Shown here: piece after piece, positions 28,320 through 40,236 of the stretch
How positions within the stretch are numbered: position 1 is the first letter of the stretch
How the letters are laid out: each line of letters opens with the position of its first letter
Source of the DNA: Epiperipatus broadwayi
Lineage: Eukaryota > Animalia > Onychophora
DNA: 64,000 bases
Assembly: GCA_028023455.1 (NCBI GenBank)
Contig: JAQFVV010000002.1
Coordinates: 23,746,001-23,810,000, forward strand
Direction of reading: 5' to 3'
Notes under the pieces: generated by a model
Databases searched by the model: none
Seen by the model: the letters and a program-made list of their open reading frames with translations, nothing else
What the model was told of the DNA's origin: nothing
Made by a program: the position numbers and the translations under genes

Positions 28320-28600
28320 AGAGCTATCAGCCCCATATAGCTATTTGAGTTGGATAGCTGGGTTTGAAGACACGTAGGTGTCTGAAAATTTCAGATTTTC
28401 CACTCAATAGATAACTTTTAGTTAAATGCTGGCTCTGGGCTGCTATTTTTAGATTTAGTGTCTGAACCTACCCTGACACTTCTCTGAGGAGTGCCAAAGC
28501 ACGAAACCATGGTCAGGGATTTGGAGAGGGGTTCCTGCTAGATATTTTAAATGCGTTCTCTGGCTAAGCATTATCACAAAGCTTGTTGAGGAATTGGCAA
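28320..28600 (+). mobile_element. Family-2 hammerhead-containing element
   Basis: Upstream segment GTCTGAAAATTTCAGATTTT..TGCTGG..TATTTTTA is homologous to the minus strand of 36250-36495. An HHR follows at the equivalent position. Confidence 0.65.
28480..28518 (+). ncRNA. Canonical type I hammerhead ribozyme
   Basis: TTCT-CTGAGGA-GTGC-CAAA-GCAC-GAAA-CCATGG-TC-AGGG. G10.1-C11.1 is paired, stem III is the palindrome ACCATGGT, and the triplet is GUC. Predicted cut after C28514. Confidence 0.9.
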
Positions 28601-29494
28601 TCTTCATTGTTTATAACTTACAAGCTTAAGAGAATAGGGTCATGTGATCTATGACTCTTATTTTGACTCTCAGCAATACTTGTTTCTTTTTTTTTTTTGT
28701 TTGTTTATGATTTGTTTTTATTTTTATAAAAGCCATTTCCAAAATAAATCTTATATAAAAAACTTAAAAAATTATGAAGAATCCAAGTGCAAACATTTTA
28801 AAAATAAATTTATAAAAACTTTCACGATAAATACATTAGCAATTACAATATATTTTATACATAATTCAATTTGTTATATGTTTTAAACTGCATTTAATTG
28901 TCTCATTAATTATTTCTAACTTATTCAACAGAAAGTTAAAATTACTTTTTAATTATAAAAATAAAGTTTATCAACAGTTTGTAGAAAAAAAAATTAGACA
29001 TAAATTTATATAAATACTGGCAGATTAATTATTAATGAAAAGGATGCTATTGATAAAATCAACAAATCTAATATTATATATAAGGTGGTACAACTAATCA
29101 GGCCCAGTTATATTGATAACTTAAAATGTGCATTGAAAAAGAGAATTCATGAACATGAACTTTAGTATAATAAATTGCGATGTTTCATGGATAGATTTAA
29201 ATCTGTATTTGCAGAACAAAAGATTATTTGTAATGGAAGCTTTTGCTTTGGCAATGTTTTTTTATTTTAAATGTAAAAACGATTTGAGGAAAATAAATTT
29301 TTTATAAATATGACAAATTATTAAATAAATAATATAATTATGAAAATATATCTAAATTATAAAAACTGGTCATTCATGTGGAACTTTAATGATGTTTTTA
29401 AAAACATTTCAACAGTAAAACAGCTTATCACGAAGGCAGATATGGCGTAAGCTGCCAATAGCTCTTATTTATTATTGTATATCAGTATTTTGAA

Positions 29495-30021
29495 TATTAA
29501 AACAGGCAAAACTCTCCATACGTATTGCCACTCAGTGCAAGCCAGAGTAATCAATGTCCAGAAGGCCTTGTGCAGAAAATCTCCATCTAGTGCCTATTCA
29601 TCCAATATCCCCAGACTAGTTTCTGGCTTGTGGCCTTTGCCAGTGAGGAGTCTTGGATCTGAGAGCACTGCATCTAGATTTTAGGATCTAATGCAATCCT
29701 CCAACAGCCATCTTTTATCTCTACTTACCTACAAAACTATGAGGCTTAAATTGAAAACACTATAATATTTTCAATCTAAGCTCATTAGCTTATATAATCA
29801 TATAGGTCTGAACTCAGTTCAGTACCTATATATTTTGGTGTCTTTGGTTCTTTAATAACCATAGCCACCACTATCCTATTAGGCAGGATTGGTTTTAAGC
29901 CAATAAACACCACATGATCACCATTTCTCTGGCTTGCATTGAGTGGCAATACATATGGAGAGTTTTGTCTGTTTTAATAACAGTTATAAGCAAGCATAAG
30001 AAATAGTGATCATGTGATGTT
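29495..30021. mobile_element. Family-1 element with internal inversion; HHR core mutated (29608-29649, minus strand)
   Basis: About 430 nt of antisense monomer is followed by ~100 nt of sense 3' end. TSD TATTTTGAA (29486-29494 / 30022-30030). The core reads CTGGCAA instead of CTGACGA. Confidence 0.85.
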
Positions 30022-30099
30022 TATTTTGAACCTTGTAGTGTTTAATCTAGAGTTCTTTGTTTATACTATCAAATACCAATATAATGAACTAAGTACATC

Positions 30100-30800
30100 A
30101 CTTCACAATTAAATCACTAGGCAAAAATAAATTATAAATCTGCTATCAATGGTTTCCCTGCCAAGACACACTTCTCAAATGCAAAACACAACAAATATAT
30201 GTTACCCAAACCTACCATAATTTAAACTTATATTCCAATTACATTTAATATCAAAAGAACTTTCAACTAAGTTAACATCATTAAAATCATACACTTTTAT
30301 TAAAAAAAATCTTTATTTTTCTCTTATTCTCATTCTTTTCAAAGAAAGCAACACATTAATAATTCTTTCAAATAATTAATATAAATCAAACAAACTATTT
30401 TTCTTTAACCTTACGAAACTTACCATTATAAAAAAAAATGTATAGAATCCTCCAACAACAAGAACACACTTTTGATAACTTTAATTTTATTTTTAGATAA
30501 AGATCCATTACAAAACGAGAACATAAATATCACTTTACTATTAACAGATGTATACATATTTTTTATATCAAAACTATCATATATCAAATTATCATCAATT
30601 TCAATGTTATTAATTGTATTAAAAGTCACAAAAGAAGATGAAACGGTGTAAATGTCAAAACTGAAAAACGTAAAAAATTATATTTAGAAAAACCCTTCAA
30701 TATAAAGGAAAACATTTTTTGTGAGTTTTAATATTCATAAACATCATAGGTGATATTAAAATTTTTTAATATTTCATTTTCTCAAAATATACATTAAATT
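30100..30800 (-). mobile_element. Decayed Penelope-like RT
   Basis: ORF 30426-30629 contains IDDNLIYDSFDIKNMYTSV (PLE RT3, SFDV.SLYT.V type). A decayed RFG*HIFVV lies downstream where R-Y-V-D-D-I-F is expected. Confidence 0.7.
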
Positions 30801-31399
30801 TATTTTAATCAAGGTACCACGATCTTTTCCTACACAAATATATTTTTCATGATTGAATTCTACATCTACCCTTCTTTCTAAAAACATATTTCTTAATAAT
30901 AAATGATCAGCTTTGTCTTCATGAGAAATGATTGCATCATTCTTATGATGTTTAATCTCGGCGGGGACTAAGTAAAATTATTTTCATTACTTGTTAAATT
31001 TTTATTTAAAATTAACTAAATGTCTATTTATTTATTTTTACTCATTATTTAAAATAGTGGATTGAATAGATAAAATTGTAACAACTGTATTTTTTAGCAC
31101 AGAAAATGTCAAATTTAGGACTTTTACTGAGAATTTCTATTCTCTTGCAATTAAATCAATCACAACACTTATTATTAATTTTAAAATAATCTTTATTGAG
31201 AGTAAAAAATAGTTATTCAATAAAGAAATAGAAGGAATAATTAAATAAGTTACATTATATCATTACTGAAATAAAAAGTCCTACAAGATAGAAACTAATC
31301 GAAATATTTATGAAAGCAGATTAGTAACATGATTAAGATTAATATGTATATAATTAAGGTTATTAAATATAAATTATGGTCTATATATCACAGTCATGC

Positions 31400-33200
31400 T
31401 GGAAGAGAAATCAGATTCCAAATGGATATTACAACATCAACAAGAGCCAGGGCCTTATTTCTGGTTTTAATTTTTAACAATTTATTGATAAAAAGGGATT
31501 TAAGTTTTGGAGATGTTGAGTTAAAAATAATAAGTCACCCCAAGAAACAAAGAGTAAATAAGGACGAGTACTGTCAAATCTTATATTAGGGAAACAATCC
31601 TCTTTGAATATTTCCAAAAAAGGACTTAATAGTAAAGATTGGTTTTTGCTGCTATGACCAGGTGATAAAGAATACATTCATAGAAAAATGTTCGTGTTTC
31701 TTCTTACCCTGCACACAAAGAGCATATTGCATAAAAATATACAGATGACATTTTTCCAGTTAGTAAGAATTTGGTTGGTAAAGCTTTAATGATGATTTTT
31801 ATTAGGAAATCCAAGTATTTAGACTACAAATTCCAAAAATTGAATTTTTGTATGATAGCTTTACTAGAGATAGTAAGGAAAGAATAAGAAAATTTCCTTA
31901 AGATTGGTATTAGTTGTTAAGTTATGAACCTCTCAATAAGCATTTTTTTTGGAAAATGGAGTGAAAATGGGGCATGTATATTTGGATATAAAAGTGAATA
32001 AGATATTTATGAATTTGTTCCTGAAAAGAATGGGGTGTCTGTAGGAGTTACCAGAATATATGATTGTACATTAGGGAAAAGAGACAATAAGTTTGATCAA
32101 TATATTGATTGTTCTCTGATAGTAAAATATAGGGACACAATATCAGGAGGGATCACATAATTTTTGTTGTTTCTGCATTTTTCCCCATACTTACGGCAAT
32201 TGTTTTCTTTTGTCCCAAATAAGTCTGATATACAGAGATGTATTGAAGTTGATGATTGGAACATAGTAGTTGATTTTTGGTAATATTACAATGCTGATAA
32301 GGAAAATTTTACTGTACAGTAGGAGATAAGCTTTTAAGAGAAAGTTTATGATCTTTTCAATTGAATCCATAATAGTACTTTATACTATTAGCCTTAATGA
32401 ATCGAGGGGGAAATGAAATTTGAAAGCCTAAATATTTATGAGAAGGATACTGTAAATAGAAAATATCTGCTTAACAGTAAGAATGTGCCATGTTAATGAC
32501 TTCTTTTTATTAAAAATTAAGGAGAAAGTTTGAGAGCAATGTTCTAGTATGGAAAAGAGTTTGGAGAGAAGTTTTTTGAAGGAAGGAAGATTACTAAGAT
32601 ATCCACATATAATACAGATCCTTGATCGATTTTTAAGAAAATATGTATATATTGGACAATTTATTTTCTATTTCCAAGTAAAAGTATATTAATATATGCT
32701 ATGAAGAATAAAAAATTGAAGGAAATCCTGAGGGATAAAATTGTGAGAGAGGGAAGCCAGGACATAATTTTCCATTTAGAATAATATGTATAATTCAATG
32801 GATTATTAAATTGGCCAGTATACATAGTAAAAGTATTTGGATTTTGTAATGGCTAAGCATTCTAGAAGTTTATTTATTATCACAGAAACAAAAGCAGCTA
32901 CAATGTCCAATTGAATGTTAATAGGAGCAACCTTCTTGGCTTGGTTTGTGCCATTAATTATTATCTTAAATAGTGTTATTACTTCAGATGTAGAATTTCC
33001 ATTCTTATAAATTTGATATTTGGATACAGAGGAAAGAATCAGAGGTTGTATCTTATCCTTAATGAGTGATTTGATGACTTTGCTGATAAATGGAGACTAG
33101 ATATAGATACAGTGATGAGGAAGAATGTCTTAAAAAATAAAACCAAGTAAGATTGGATAAAGCTGGTCTCTAGTGCATATCTTTGCAAATTATTGGACTA
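31400..33200 (-). mobile_element. Decayed non-LTR retrotransposon RT region
   Basis: Minus strand reads SPFISKVIKSLIKDKI (RPISLL..SK region), NIQLDIVAAFVSV (LD..KAFD.V) and IPQDFLQFLFFI (PQG..LSP.LF). Many stops; boundaries approximate. Confidence 0.65.
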
Positions 33201-33498
33201 GTATAAATGATTCAGATTTGCTAATAAAAATTTCCAGAATAGCATGCATCACTGGGTATATGCTCTCTAGGATAGCGCTTAACTTTGAGGCTACTTCATA
33301 ACTTGTGACCTCATGATCTTCTTTAGTGATATCAAAAGTTCGAAGGAATTTAGGAGTTGGACATTTCTGCAAATGTAATTTAAAATGATGCAAGATAACA
33401 TATCTTCTCCAGTATTCATTTTGCTATTTTAAAAATAGAGGGAAGGGATTGGTTTCTTGGATCTATAATTCACCACCCATAGGAGTAATTTTAATACT

Positions 33499-33714
33499 AG
33501 TATTTTCACTCTCTATAACTATACTGTTATTAAAATAAATCTCATCAACTTTTCCAAACAATCAATTTATTTTTTATTCAAATTTCATACAATAAAATTA
33601 AAACCTATTACTTCAGTTTATTGCATAAAATATGAATAAAAATTAAATTAGCTGTTTGGAAAGGTAGATGAGGTTAGTTTTAATAACAAGGTAGTTATAG
33701 AGCATGAAAATACT
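33499..33714. repeat. Old foldback: ~80-bp imperfect inverted arms around a ~52-nt spacer
   Basis: AGTATTTTCACTCTCTATAACTA..CTCATCAACTTTCCAAACA..TTTTTATTCA is mirrored at 33633-33714. Confidence 0.7.
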
Positions 33715-35931
33715 ATTATTTTTTCTAAAATTAATTTCATTGTCAGAGTTGGAAATTCTTAATAAAAGTCCCGATTTTTGTTTATTGAATCCAATATTAA
33801 TTTAAATATGAACAAAAAAAAAAGGCATTCAATTAGTTTTAAAGAAAATTTTAAAAAGTAAAGAAAAATTAATAATTGGTCCTGCTGAGATTAAACATCT
33901 TAGTTAATAGCTGATGATGCAGTCATTTCGCATACAAATGACGCTGGATATGTTTTTAGAGAGAAGATAGATATAAAATTCGGTAATGATAAATACATAT
34001 AAATAATATGATAAATATATTTGTTTAGAAGTGGAATGTTTATGAATATTAAAATCCATGAAAAGATTTTCCATTAAGACTTATTTCTGATATTACTGAT
34101 AGAATTTTTGAAGGAATTTCTAGGTTCTTGAACAATGTTTTAAAAGAATTTATCAATTTCAATAACCATACTAAACAAAGAGAAAAACTAGGGGATCTCT
34201 TTTAACAAAGATATATGATTTTAAGTTATTAAATTATTTAAAACTTCTTTTGATATTAAAAGTAATTGAAATGGGAGTTGTAATTGGGATAAAATAGAAT
34301 TATATGTATATATCGTGTTGTGTTATTTTCACCCGAGAAAGCTGCCTTAGTAAGAAACCATTGGTAGCGAGGCTAATGATTCGATTTTGAATTGGTGTAT
34401 TTATTTTAATATATATAATGAGGATTGTTTCTTCTCATGTTAACTATAGGATAAAATCTAGTTGTTAAATAAGAGTACAAATACATTACATTTATTAAAA
34501 GGCTAATATGCAATATCTGATTAAATACAAGTATAATTTATATACTTGGAAAAGGTTAATATATGTAAAATGATCTCGTGATAAAATTTAACACTTTTTT
34601 TTTAATAATATGAATATTTAACTTTTATTAGGTATAGTTGGGGGGAAAAAAGAAGATATTTTTTTTCTTGTGTAGTTTTTTGCATATAAATAAAATGTTT
34701 TATTTAAAAAAAAAAAAAGAAAACAAAAATAGATTAATATCATTAATATATTTATCACTGAAGAAATAGTGTTATTTATCAATTAAAAACCCCCAAAAAA
34801 GAAAGAATTAGAATTTTTATTTCTGAAAAATTGAAGGATTATTTTCCAAATTGGAATATAAATATAATAATTTGTTTTTTAAAAAAAGATAAATCTTTCT
34901 TGTAAAAAGAAAATCAATTGGCCAAGGCTTAATATTATGCCCCAAATTTGGCAGTAGCTAGATGATAAATAGCCTAAAATTTTATAATACCCCTTGCAAA
35001 TCCAGTCACACAATGATAGCTGTAAAGTCTTGATATATTGTCATATTATAACTTATAATTACTTATAGTGGATTAGGATGCTGATTCCTTGCTCATTTTC
35101 TATGCTCAGTAAAAACTGTTAAGTTTTAATGATGCTTTTGTGGATTATTATATTAGCTTATGAGAATGATGATTTTCATTTCCTCTTTATATTCTCTTAT
35201 TCCTTACTATTACAATATATATTTGTATAAATTGCCCAAATGCAGTTAGCGATATATATTTGCACTTTCAAATTATGATATAAATAAATATTTGAAAACA
35301 AATTATCATATAATCTAATATTCATTTTGTTAGGAAAAAACTTACCTATATGAATGACTTCTAACTAATACTTTGACTAAAAATGAAACAAGAAAATATT
35401 CATAAAACATCCCTGTTAGTACTAATAATTGGCAAATACTATCATTTATCATTTTAAGCAAAATTTTATATTGAGTATTTGAATGTGTAAATAAATTTCA
35501 TATTTTAAAATTTACACATGAAAATTCATACTTTATGAATAAATTTAAAATTAATATTTTTAAACATGTTCAAACTTATATTTTTTATGAAAATTACATT
35601 TTACAGCTTTATTGTTCTTTTTACAGTATGTTAGCTTTATGGAATATATAATAGTTTATCTTTACTATTATGTAATCTCATATTATTTTCAACTAAACTT
35701 ACAAAAAGGCAATATAAAACATGTGGGAAGTTAATTAAATATAAATATTGACTTATGGACCATCTTATTTAAACATTTTATTAACAAAACATATTTAATT
35801 AAATCTTTCAATCTGTTAATCTCTAGTTCAATCTAATTATGCAAATGGTCATCCAATAACACATATTCATCTTTCTTTACTATATAAATTTTGGATATAT
35901 GTATCCTACAAAATTTTGTAGTTAATACAAT

Positions 35932-35941
35932 AAAAGGATAT
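35932..35941 (-). promoter_or_regulatory. U12-type (AT-AC) 5' splice site
   Basis: Minus strand TAC AA|ATATCCTTTT matches the minor-spliceosome consensus RTATCCTTT; phase 2. Confidence 0.75.
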
Positions 35942-36075
35942 TTGTAAAGCAATTTGAAGAGGCCTGTTCCAAGGTTCATTGGTATTCCCATAATGATACA
36001 TTCACTAACTCCGCATATGGCATCTTTTTGTCCATAATAAGCAGCATCAAATAAGTGATCAGCAGTTTTTTCAAA
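35942..36075 (-). CDS. POLR3A: RNA polymerase III largest subunit, near-C-terminal internal exon (134 nt)
   Basis: Encodes [44 protein letters not shown](K), the conserved RPC1 C-terminal block (compare human [45 protein letters not shown]). Preceded by a tttttcAG acceptor at 36076-36077. Similarity stops exactly at ATATCCTTTT. Confidence 0.93.
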
Positions 36076-36249
36076 CTGAAAAATAAACAAGTTATTTATT
36101 AAAATCATTAATAAATAATATATATAATGAAAATAATAAACGGATTAAATCCAATTTTAGTTTTATAACATGCAAATTATATTTAATATTAAATTACAAA
36201 GAAATAAAGTCCTATAACACATGACCTAATTTAACAAGCTTGTATTACA

Positions 36250-36495
36250 AATGTTATATATAGAGCTTACAAATAAGCTCCTAACAAGCTCTGCAGAATA
36301 TTCCCAATCCCAGACCGGTTTCTGCTACTGGCTTCCTCAGTGCTAGGATATTCAAGCATTAGATTAAAAATACCAGAACAAACCCAGCACTTTATCTAAT
36401 GAATAACTATTAAGTAAAAAATCTGAAAAATTTCAGACATCCATATACCTGCAAAGCTGGTTAAGAGCTTATTTGTGAGCTCTATATATAACATT
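36250..36495 (-). mobile_element. Family-2 element with 41-bp terminal inverted arms and a hammerhead (36307-36349)
   Basis: AATGTTATATATAGAGCTTACAAATAAGCTCCTAACAAGCT is mirrored at 36455-36495. Minus strand reads CTGAGGA-A-GC-CAGTA-GC-A-GAAA-CCGG-TC-TGGGAT, with palindromic stem III ACCGGT and an imperfect stem I. Confidence 0.8.
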
Positions 36496-36879
36496 AATAT
36501 TATATACATATGTTGATTCTTTGTTAAGATAAAAATCAATTATAGGTATAACATTTTTCTTTCACTAATCAATCATAGATGTAAAATATTTCCCTCAATC
36601 ATCAGTCATAGACATATGCTATCACTCATCAATAGTCAATGCAAAATATTTCTCTCTTTCCTCAGTGATCAATTACAGATGTATGATCCTACGGTCACTT
36701 AGTATAAAGGGCTGTATCATATTACAATTATGTTTTTCTTTTACAGTCAATGCGTTAACACTCATCTGACCAAATTTAATTATTTTGAGATATTACTTTC
36801 TAGTTAAGATACCTAGATGTCCATTTCTTAACCAATATTGAAGGACTACCTGAATTGGATAGTAGCTGAATAGTAGAAA

Positions 36880-36955
36880 AAATTACAGTATTTCTGGATT
36901 TGAATCCTGAAATATAAAAGATAATGCACTAACCATTATACCACAAAGACTTACA
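36880..36955 (-). mobile_element. tRNA-derived SINE fragment
   Basis: Minus strand TGTGGTATAATGGTTAGTGC (A box) ... GGATTCAAATCC (B box). Confidence 0.55.
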
Positions 36956-37339
36956 TTTTTTCGATGTAAAAGAGACTTAAAATTTCTAAATAAAAATTAA
37001 AATAACTGGCATTTATTGTCTATTGATTATTAAACTTTATCAAATAAAATTCCCCTTCCTCCAATAAAAAGGTATATAATTTGTACTTATATATTGGATT
37101 ATTTGCATCATTTACTTGAAATTCTAATTTTTTTTATTTATTAAGAAAAATTCAAACTTTATATATTTTTATACATAACACAATCAGTAACCTTTATATT
37201 CACAAATTAATTATTAAGATATACTTTAAACAATTAGGCTATTCTGCCAACAAATAATAGAAATTTTATATACTTACCCATCAGGATCCTCATAATTTTT
37301 TTTTTTTTTTTAAAGAAAAAGATTGTCATTGACAAATAA

Positions 37340-37545
37340 ATAACATCTTTAAATTTCCATCTTTTTACTTATTCTTCTTTGCCCAATACTCTTGTGTTTT
37401 TCCAATCAACATATGTTCATTGATACATGTGTGATCTCTTGTATTCTTTTAATTGTTTTATTTATGGATTGGTTAGTTTCACCAATAAACATTCTTCCAC
37501 ATTAACAAGTAATTTTATACTTGCATTTGTTTTTCAATATCTCAA
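37340..37545 (-). mobile_element. PLE GIY-YIG endonuclease remnant
   Basis: Minus strand YKITC*CGRMFIGETNQSI..IDWKNTRVLG, matching the VYKIPC.CG..YIGET motif. Confidence 0.7.
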
Positions 37546-38179
37546 GATTAAATTTTGTAAAAAATTAGAATTCCTCATGATAATATACTGATAAAAGTTT
37601 TATCAAAATCATAACAAAGTCCTAATCTCTACAAAATTCTAATGTTGAAAAACAATAACTGTGTGAATGTGAAAGAACACATAGTGATGGAACTAGCAAC
37701 ACTATCAAACATAATTTTAAAAATTCAAAGCAATGATTAGAGTGAAAAATAACTGTGTCTAAAATAGTGGATTATACATGTATCAATAAGTATATGTTTG
37801 TATTAAAAATACAAAGATTTAAAAAAAGGAAATAAAAAATTAAAGTTTTACATATGATGTTTAATGTTTGAAAATCATTCCTTAATTTTCTTAAACCCCC
37901 CCCCCCCCCCAGAAATCAAAAGTATCCTCATAAATAAGTATATGAAATATCTGATGATTGTTGCGTCTTTGGTAGTATTCATGAATATAAAGGTCACTGG
38001 TTCAATTCCCATGCTAGACTGTCATTCATTAGGCCAGCATCACCTACACCCATGCAAAAAATAACATTTAAAATATTGTGTTTTATAATAACCTGTGAGT
38101 AATTACTAATAGCTGAATTTATTTGAAAAAAATATAAATAATATTTGAATTTTTCTAAAAAACATTTACTAATTCAATT

Positions 38180-38285
38180 TTTTTTTTTTCATATGTCATA
38201 GCATTGGCCGGAGGTGAACCCACAACCGTCTGCAACCAACTACTTGCTTGTAAGGCGGCTGCAATGATTTCTTGGCTAATAACGC
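38180..38285 (-). mobile_element. tRNA-derived SINE with poly(A) tail and 17-bp TSD
   Basis: Minus strand TAGCCAAGAAA..GCCTTACAAGC..GGGTTCACCTCCGGCC, then an A-run (T-run at ~38178-38189). TSD CATTTACTAATTCAATT at 38163-38179 and 38322-38338. Confidence 0.75.
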
Positions 38286-38357
38286 TTGTCTATATCCATC
38301 ATCTAATTGAATTAGTAAAATCATTTACTAATTCAATTAGATGATGGATATAGACAA
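38286..38357. repeat. Perfect 34-bp hairpin (4-nt loop) at the SINE 5' junction
   Basis: TTGTCTATATCCATCATCTAATTGAATTAGTAAA-ATCA-TTTACTAATTCAATTAGATGATGGATATAGACAA. Confidence 0.95.
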
Positions 38358-39075
38358 ATATGTAACTACAAATAAAATGTTACCACCACAAATCTTCAAC
38401 CAGAGTTAGTTAAAAAAGATAATGCAGGCAAAAAAAAACTCCTTTCCTGAAACTCCATCTTTTATTCTTGGGCTCAGATGTAACCGATAAATAACTCCTT
38501 ATATCAATTTATTTGTTATATTTATTACATTTTGTAACTCTGCTTTACAATTTATTATTATCATCAAAATTAAATTACAATAATTAAAATACGATCATTA
38601 AGTAAACTTATTATTATTATAAATTCATATAATTACATAGATTATAACTGTTATGACCTCTGATAAAATTTTTTTATTTTTAGTTATCTACAAAAAAAAA
38701 TTATAAAGAAGAAAGACGCTTCTTGTGATAAAACTTGAGAAAGAATGATTCATTAAAAACAGTCGAATCCATACACTTAGTTAAACTAACAATATTTCAC
38801 ACAAAATTTTGGATAATCATTTTATTTAAGATATGTGACAAAGTTTATTCATAGACGGATGTCTATAAATAAAAAAGATATATAATTAAAGCCTTACCAC
38901 TTAATTAAGAAAAATATTAAATTTTAAAAAAAAGCAGTTTTTTGGGAGTTGAGCAGAGAAATTTAATTTGAACAAATACTTTAACATTATTAAAAAACTA
39001 ATACGAATGTAAAAACAACAAAACTAATTGTGGTTAAGACAAAATACATTTAAGGAATTATTATTTGTCTTTATG

Positions 39076-39277
39076 TAATAAATGCAGTTTTACTTCCCGT
39101 TATTATGTAAGCAAACATACATCTATAAATAAGGTTTAATGGAGAAGATATAATTTAATAAATAAATAAATACAGGTAGGCTTAACGTTTTCGAGGAGCC
39201 ATGCTTCATAATCATAGCCACGATTTATTTATTTATTAAATTATAGCTTCTCCATTAAACCTTATTTATAGGTGTGT
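39076..39277 (-). mobile_element. Small foldback insertion: 37-nt tail, ~58-bp inverted arms, decayed HHR-like motif in the loop
   Basis: TSD TTATTTGTCTTTATG (39061-39075 / 39278-39292). Arms at 39113-39171 and 39223-39279. The loop on the minus strand reads GGCT-ATGATTA-..-GAAA-ACGT-TA-AGCC. Confidence 0.8.
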
Positions 39278-40236
39278 TTATTTGTCTTTATGAAAAAAAT
39301 AAATACATTTTTTTAAAATTTATAATTAACCAAATTAAAATTCTTAAAACAATTTTTCATCCAAATTACAACCTGCATGGTTTAGTAAGTGGACAGGGTC
39401 AAATTCTTAAGAGTAGCTTCCTCAGACCAATTCCAATTCAGACACTTCTGGCAGCTCAGACTTCTTATGAACTCCCGAGCACTAAGGTCATTTGATTTTT
39501 ATTTATCAAAATTACACACCAAATTAACATTTGAAATTAATTAAGATTAAAAAAAAAAAAAAAATCCAGTCAAAATTTATAAATAAATTTACACGTTATC
39601 CAGAAGTTTACACAACTTTAAATTATTTTATTGAACACCCAACCTCAAATTTAATGAAATATCAGCATCATTCATATTTTTATCATTTCTCCACATCTTT
39701 CATCTGATCTTTTTCATTTTAGATCCAGTGCCCCAGAAATGTATTTTTTTCCTAATGCCACTTTTCTTCAAATTGCCAGTCTATTACATTTATCACGAAT
39801 AAATTCCTAGTCCTGACATAATCTTGCAAAATATAGTTTATTTTATTTTATTTTTTTTTAAAAAAAATTAATCTACATTTATTTTCATTCTATTAGAACC
39901 CCATTTTAATCCACAAAACAATTCCTGTAAAACTGAAGAGTAGTACCAATCTGCCATGTAAAGTAATTAATTTGTTATATTTGATAAATATCATTTTAAC
40001 TTAACAGTTTATGACTTGATGTTACAAAGCTTTAATTATCACCAAAATACTAATAGAATCAAAGGCTTTTCATAATATGAAAATTCTAAGCATAACATCA
40101 ACATTCAATACTTATGTATGATCTATTGTGTTCCTTCTGCTTATTTTAAAACTAGTTTGTTCTTTTATTGGATTGAATCCAAAGTTTTAGTAGATGAGCT
40201 TTAAGTCACCTAAATAAAAATACTATATAAAATTGA

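Noticed and set aside
33905-33950. Hammerhead-like CTGATGA-TGC..GCA motif
   Set aside because: No GAAA, no stem III and no stem I pairing.
35070-35130. Candidate U12 branch point and AC acceptor (AACTTAAC...TTTTTAC) for the POLR3A last exon
   Set aside because: The branch point is a poor match to TCCTTAAC, and the spliced frame stops after a few non-homologous codons.
35833-36108. The 91-aa ORF as a complete or terminal CDS
   Set aside because: The first residues are intron sequence upstream of the AG at 36076-36077. The part after LYK is best explained as read-through of a U12 donor.
39390-39432. Minus-strand CTGAGGA motif
   Set aside because: The GAAA and cleavage triplet are absent; only a 3-bp possible stem I.
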